Shown here: positions 8,256-12,921 of the stretch, piece after piece | How positions within the stretch are numbered: position 1 is the stretch's first letter | Layout of the letters: every line of letters starts with the position of its first letter | Assembly: GCF_006345805.1 (NCBI RefSeq) | Contig: NW_021826472.1 | Coordinates: 1 to 12,921, forward strand | From: Octopus sinensis | Lineage: Eukaryota | Length of the DNA stretch: 12,921 nt | Reading direction: 5' to 3' | Notes under the pieces: model-generated | Databases searched by the model: none | Seen by the model: only the letters and a program-made list of their open reading frames with translations | Told to the model about the DNA's origin: nothing | Made by a program: the position numbers and the translations under genes

Positions 8256-8502
8256 ATGTGCGTCAGAAGATAGTACCGCAGAAAGAGAACTACAGTTTGT
8301 TATATGGGAGTGAAAAATTCATTACAAGTATAAGGGTAAAGGATTATTAATTTAATATTATAACTAAGTTACAAATATTGTTATCTGTGGAGTAATATCT
8401 GTAGTAAAGAGGAATAAGGTGTCTTTGGCTGCTATTTCTAAATTTTCGGTATGTGGTGAAGCAACTTGTTGCTTAACCCTTAATTGTATATATATGTATA
8501 TT

Positions 8503-8618
8503 GGCCTGCTCGCTTAGCCAGCGGGGTGGCGTCATTTGAAAGCTAAAACAAAGCGAAGCGCATTGTGACCAGAGATGTGTAGCAACATCTGATAGCCTGG
8601 TCGTCAACGGTGATCACG

Positions 8619-8623
<5 letters not shown>
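8503..8623 (+). mobile_element. Probable 3' end of a SINE/LINE ending in tandem ACGGTGAT repeats
   Basis: GC-rich island between AT microsatellites, ending ACGGTGAT-C-ACGGTGAT (8607-8623) then (TA)n. Resembles an octopus SINE tail as I recall it. Confidence 0.55.
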
Positions 8624-8702
<79 letters not shown>

Positions 8703-8800
8703 TATATAATATATATATAATATATAATATATATATATATATATAATATATATAATATATATACATACATACCTATATCTTCATAATATGCACAGAAGCG

Positions 8801-8841
<41 letters not shown>

Positions 8842-8845
8842 TATA
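8623..8845. repeat. (TA)n-rich microsatellite
   Basis: Directly visible. Confidence 0.9.
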
Positions 8846-9025
8846 AGGTTTTTACTCGAGTGGTTTAGTCGAGTTGAACGACTCTCGTATCCGTTTCCCA
8901 GTTCGCTATGGTACCCTTGTACTCGTTCTACTCGCCCTATCTACTCCTCCTTCCACCGAAGAGTACGCCTTAGCAAGAAAGGTAACTGTGTGGAAAAAGC
9001 GACATATGGCCCATACTCCTAATTG

Positions 9026-9185
9026 AAAGGCCAGCAACTTGTCACACAGCATGTCACGTTGATTTTTGCCTAGAGATTATGTTATAAGAGTGCAAGTGTC
9101 TTTCGAATACTTAGCCACTTACAACGTATCGCAATGGAGCAAGATAATTCAGCTGATCAAACAACTGTAATGATCATCGCTGAAA
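9026..9185 (+). mobile_element. Highly diverged 3' half of a SINE
   Basis: Motifs AAAGGCCAGC..CTTGTCACA..TGTCACG, GTGTCT...CTTAGCCACTT and TGATC..ACAACTG are colinear with a recalled octopus SINE consensus. There is no second copy in the window to confirm it. Confidence 0.4.
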
Positions 9186-9409
9186 AAAGACAGAGTACGT
9201 GTGATGTGTGTGTGTGTGTGTGTATTTTAGTCTATACATGTATATATGTATATATATACATGCCTATGTGTGTGTGTAGGCTTTGAACATGCTCTGCGTT
9301 TGCTTAATCTTATTAGCATATTTATGTTTCTTAATCTTCTTGTTTAACAATGAAACATCTCTCTAGCCGTCTATCATCCGTATACATAGGCTTCCGTTAA
9401 TGCATAAAC

Positions 9410-9529
9410 GCATACATACGTACGTACATATACATTAATACGCACAAATATACATTATATGTATATACATATATATAAAATATATATATATATATTTATA
9501 TACACATATATATATACATAAATACATGC

Positions 9530-9590
<61 letters not shown>

Positions 9591-9662
9591 GATAGACAAG
9601 GTCGATATGTATATAAATATATGCATATCATGAAAGTGTATACAAATTATGTGTGTGTGTGT

Positions 9663-9708
<46 letters not shown>

Positions 9709-9950
9709 TGTGTGTGTGTGTGATGAAGAAGTTATTTAGTTAATAACTTTTAAGTCAGACCCAGTTTAATCTTTCAATTGTTAATGCTGAAAGATTCACT
9801 GAGATTCTATTATACTTTCACACACACACGCAAACACACACACACATACACAAACACACATACATACATACACACACACACACATACACACATACACACA
9901 CACATACATACATACATACATACATACACATACATACATACATACATACA
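9410..9950. repeat. Compound microsatellites: (TA)n, (GATA)n, (TG)n, (CA)n/(CATA)n
   Basis: (GATA)n at about 9529-9595, (TG)n at 9649-9721 and CA/CATA at 9815-9950. Confidence 0.9.
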
Positions 9951-10345
9951 TATGTACTCATATGGTGCGTGTGTGCCTCTGAATCCGTGTTTATTTTTTC
10001 GTTTTCGCTGTATTTCGTTTCTGAAGAATCTTACAAAGACCAGTTCCTATTAGTAAATGGTAATCTTTATAACAGATGTAGAATAGAAGAAAGCTGCTAA
10101 CAAAAGAAGAAATTACAGCAGAATATATCTAAGGTTATTCCATCAACGAAAACCAGCAACGATAGCAACATGCAGGCATCAAAGTAGAAATGGTAAAGAC
10201 CTCTCTACCAGTTGCTGGAGGTCTGGCCTACATAGAACACTGGCTCCCACTTCTATCTTCCTCTCTCTAATTCCCTCTCTCTTTCTAACTCTCTCTCTCT
10301 CTCTCTCTCTCTTATTCTTTCTATCAATATATATATATATATATA

Positions 10346-10542
10346 TATTTCTTTACTGCCCACAAGGGGCTAAACATAGAGGGGACGAACAAGGACAGAC
10401 AAAGGGATTAAGTCGATTACATCGACCCCAGTGGGAAACTGCTACTTTATTTATCGATCCCGAAAGGATGAAAGGCAAAGTCGACCTCGACGGAATTTGA
10501 ACTCAGAACGTAACGACAGGCGAAATACCGCTAAGCATTTCG
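10346..10542 (-). mobile_element. SINE family B fragment, truncated at both ends
   Basis: Aligns with about 6696-6891. It ends at GCTAAGCATTTCG and abuts the head of the family A copy. Confidence 0.9.
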
Positions 10543-10543
10543 A

Positions 10544-10988
10544 GGCGTGGCTGTGTGGTAAGAAGTTTACTTCCCAACCACATGGTTCTGGGTTCAGTCC
10601 CACTGCATGGCACCTTGGGCCAGTGTCTACTCTATCCTCGGGCCGGTCAAAGCCTTATTAGTTGATTTTGTAGACGGAAACTGAAAGAAGCCCGTCATAT
10701 ATACATATGTGTGTGTGTGTGTGTGCGTGTGTGTGTGTGTGTGCGTGTGTGTGTCTGTGTGTGTCTGTGTGTGCGTGTGTATGTTTTTGTGTATGTGTGT
10801 ATGTGTTTGTTCCCCCCACTATTGCTTGACAACGGATGTTAGTGTATTTACACCCCCGTAACTTAGCAGTTCGGCAAAAGATAACGATAGAATAAGTAAT
10901 AGAATAAGTCCTAGGGTTCGACTAAAGCTAGTGCTCCAGCATGGCTGTAGTCAAATGACTGAGACAAATAAAAGAAAGAATAAAAAAA
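10544..10988 (+). mobile_element. tRNA-derived SINE family A, full length
   Basis: A box TGGCTGTGTGG (10548-10558), B box GGTTCAGTCCC (10591-10601), core, internal (TG)n at 10707-10810, 3' region GCTCCAGCATGGC..AGTCAAATGACTGA and an A-rich tail. Confidence 0.92.
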
Positions 10989-11000
10989 CATATAAAGACC

Positions 11001-11150
11001 TGCTTAGCGGCATATCGTCCGTCTCTACGTTCTTAGTTCAAATTCTGCCGAGTTTGACATTGCCTGTCATCATTTCGGGGTCAATAAAATAATTGACTTA
11101 CCGCTTCTCCCGAAATTGCTGGCCTTGCGCCAAAATTCGGAACCAATATT
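11001..11150 (+). mobile_element. SINE family B-related fragment with an internal deletion
   Basis: 11001-11088 matches the reverse complement of 10450-10537 at 72 of 88 positions, ungapped. Confidence 0.85.
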
Positions 11151-11242
11151 TACATGGTATTCCCTATGGCTTTATGTGATATGTTTCGCGAGCCAATCCA
11201 AAAGGAAATTGTACATACATATATAAATGTATGTATCACTGT

Positions 11243-11267
11243 ATGACGAAGGCAAACAAGCCGAAAC
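11243..11267 (+). other. Degenerate hammerhead-ribozyme-like core
   Basis: ATGACGA-A-GGC-AAACAA-GCC-GAAAC matches CUGANGA / stem II / GAAA except for C3 to A. Stems I and III are not intact. Confidence 0.4.
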
Positions 11268-11271
11268 GTGT

Positions 11272-11312
<41 letters not shown>

Positions 11313-11395
11313 TGTGTGTGTGTGTGTGTTTGTTTATGTGTGTGTGTGTGTGTGTGGTGTCTGTCTGTTTGTGTGTGTGTGTGTGTCTGTGAGTG
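11267..11395. repeat. (TG)n microsatellite
   Basis: Directly visible. Confidence 0.95.
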
Positions 11396-11884
11396 TGCAA
11401 GTTTGTGTGGTATGTTGAAATCCTTATATTGGCGAACAATGATAAGAGTGCTCAATACATGTTACAGTGTATAAGTGATATTTAGGATGAATCAAACAGA
11501 TTGTCAGATAAGTTCTTTCCAGGGGATCGATGTAGCATGAAACTCCTACAAACATATGCTTGTACGCATATATTTACGCCTATATATACATACATAATTT
11601 GTTAATTATAGTAAATATTCGAAATATAGAAAATAGGCTCAAGCAGACCGGCTAAAGTCTAAAATGTTATATGTGAATGTATCATGTTTGTTTATAGCCT
11701 GAAGGATCAATATAGGTTTTGTTAACGTCACAGCTCAAAATATGCCACAACTGATAAAATACCGTGTCTTTTTTTGTTTTTGTTTTTGTTTTTTGCAATA
11801 CAAATCAAACTTGTATTTAATGTAAGCATGTAGTATAAACATTCAAACATTGTCTCTATCTTATTTACATTATTTGCATTTGGC

Positions 11885-11919
11885 GGTGAAGGCGCATGGC
11901 TCGGTGGTTAGAGCGTCGA
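11885..11919 (+). mobile_element. Isolated 5' head of a third tRNA-derived SINE family (A box only)
   Basis: GGTGAAGGCGCATGGCTCGGTGGTTAGAGCGTCGA, with A box TGGCTCGGTGG at 11897-11907. It breaks off before any B box. Confidence 0.6.
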
Positions 11920-12174
11920 CACACCAGCATCGGCTGTCAAGCGATGTTGGAGGGGGGGGACAAACACAGACAAGCAAACATATACACACACACATACATA
12001 TATAAATATACATATATACGACAGGTTTCTTTCAGTTTCCGTCTACCAAATCCACTCACAAGGCTTTATTCGGCCCGAAGCTATAGTAGAAGACACTTGC
12101 CCAATGTGCCACGCAGTGGGAATGAACCCAGAACCATATTGTTCGTAAGCAAGCTACTTACCACACAGCCACTC
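11920..12174 (-). mobile_element. SINE family A, 3'-truncated
   Basis: The reverse complement reads GAGTGGCTGTGTGGTAAG...GGGTTCATTCCC...TTGGGCAAGTGTCTTCTACTATAGC...GACGGAAACTGAAAGAA...CTTGACAGCCGATGCTGGTGTG. Confidence 0.92.
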
Positions 12175-12590
12175 ACATATATAATATATATATACATACA
12201 TGCATACATACTTATACAGTTTTTCACATTTTAGTAAAAGAAAATGTTTCAATAAAGTTCTACTATGTAACCCTTGTATTAAGAGATTATTTCAATATTT
12301 ACAGTAATTCGTGTTATTGTGGATTTGTGCAGCTGTTACTTCGATCAATTGTTTTTCGCTCAACGGCTATTTATAACCTCCTTATCGATTAACTGTCCGC
12401 TTTCTAGGTTTAGAAAACAATGTCGTCAATAACACACAATTCTCGCTGGTAAGAATAAAAAGTTACTAAAATGACCAGAGAAATTCGAGCGATTGCTTTG
12501 GTCCATTGTAGAATGCTTGTCATGTCAACAGTAAATGAGAGTAAATGACTTATTCACGAATATACCAACACTAGCGCCCCTGAGGGTAAT

Positions 12591-12921
12591 ATTCTCTGGG
12601 AACGCACAGAAGCCTTTTTCAGAGTTATTTAGTTTGAATTGTTATTATCTCATATCTAATTAACCTGTTATTACGTAACATGCTTCACGATTTTAGCATA
12701 CACACCTTATTAGTATTTCCTCTTATGTTCTATATAGTCTGGGAACGCATAAAAGCCCTTTTCGGGGCTACTTAATTTAAATTTTTACAATCAGGTAACT
12801 AATTTCATGTCATTACATATCTGACTTCACAATTTGAGTTTTCATAACTTATTGGGAATTCCTAAAAACAAGATCCTGTGTAAGACAGTTTGGTATTCTC
12901 TGTAAATGCGCAAAATCCGTT
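12591..12921. repeat. Diverged tandem repeat with units of 143 and 161 bp; the third unit runs off the window
   Basis: Units start at 12595, 12738 and 12899. The first 50 nt of units 1 and 2 match at 40/50 ungapped, about 92/127 overall. Unit 3 matches unit 1 at 20/27. Confidence 0.8.

Noticed and set aside
8459-9796. Short hairpins with 7-9-bp stems at 8459-8474, 9729-9749 and 9768-9796
   Set aside because: Expected by chance in AT-rich DNA, with no supporting context.
10544-10610. tRNA gene calls for the A/B-box regions
   Set aside because: No complete cloverleaf; the heads continue into SINE bodies.
12439-12590. Possible fourth upstream unit of the terminal tandem repeat
   Set aside because: Only short motifs match (ATTCTC, TCATGTCA, ACTTATT) and their spacing is inconsistent with the other units.

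Overview
AT-rich, non-coding eukaryotic DNA with a very heavy microsatellite load: (TA)n, (CA)n, (GATA)n, (CATA)n, (GGAT)n, (CT)n. It carries about a dozen copies or fragments of tRNA-derived SINEs. From memory, not from a database search, these match the abundant SINE families of Octopus (coleoid cephalopod) genomes. No intact protein-coding gene is supported: nearly all ORFs in the supplied track translate microsatellites or SINEs, and the few others have no recognisable product. The most notable property is fold-back structure at several scales: a ~190-nt imperfect hairpin (1881-2073), a perfect 22-bp hairpin on a small insert within (TA)n (2190-2244), a ~2.2-kb inverted duplication with a 210-bp perfectly identical core (3650-5819; possibly an assembly artefact), and nested inverted SINE pairs (10346-12174). 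There are also hammerhead-ribozyme-like relics (2190-2225, 11243-11267) and a diverged 143/161-bp tandem repeat at the right edge whose substitutions look codon-patterned on the minus strand (12591-12921). A gene 5' end may lie at the left edge on the minus strand. I found no convincing complete novel system; the findings are leads to check.
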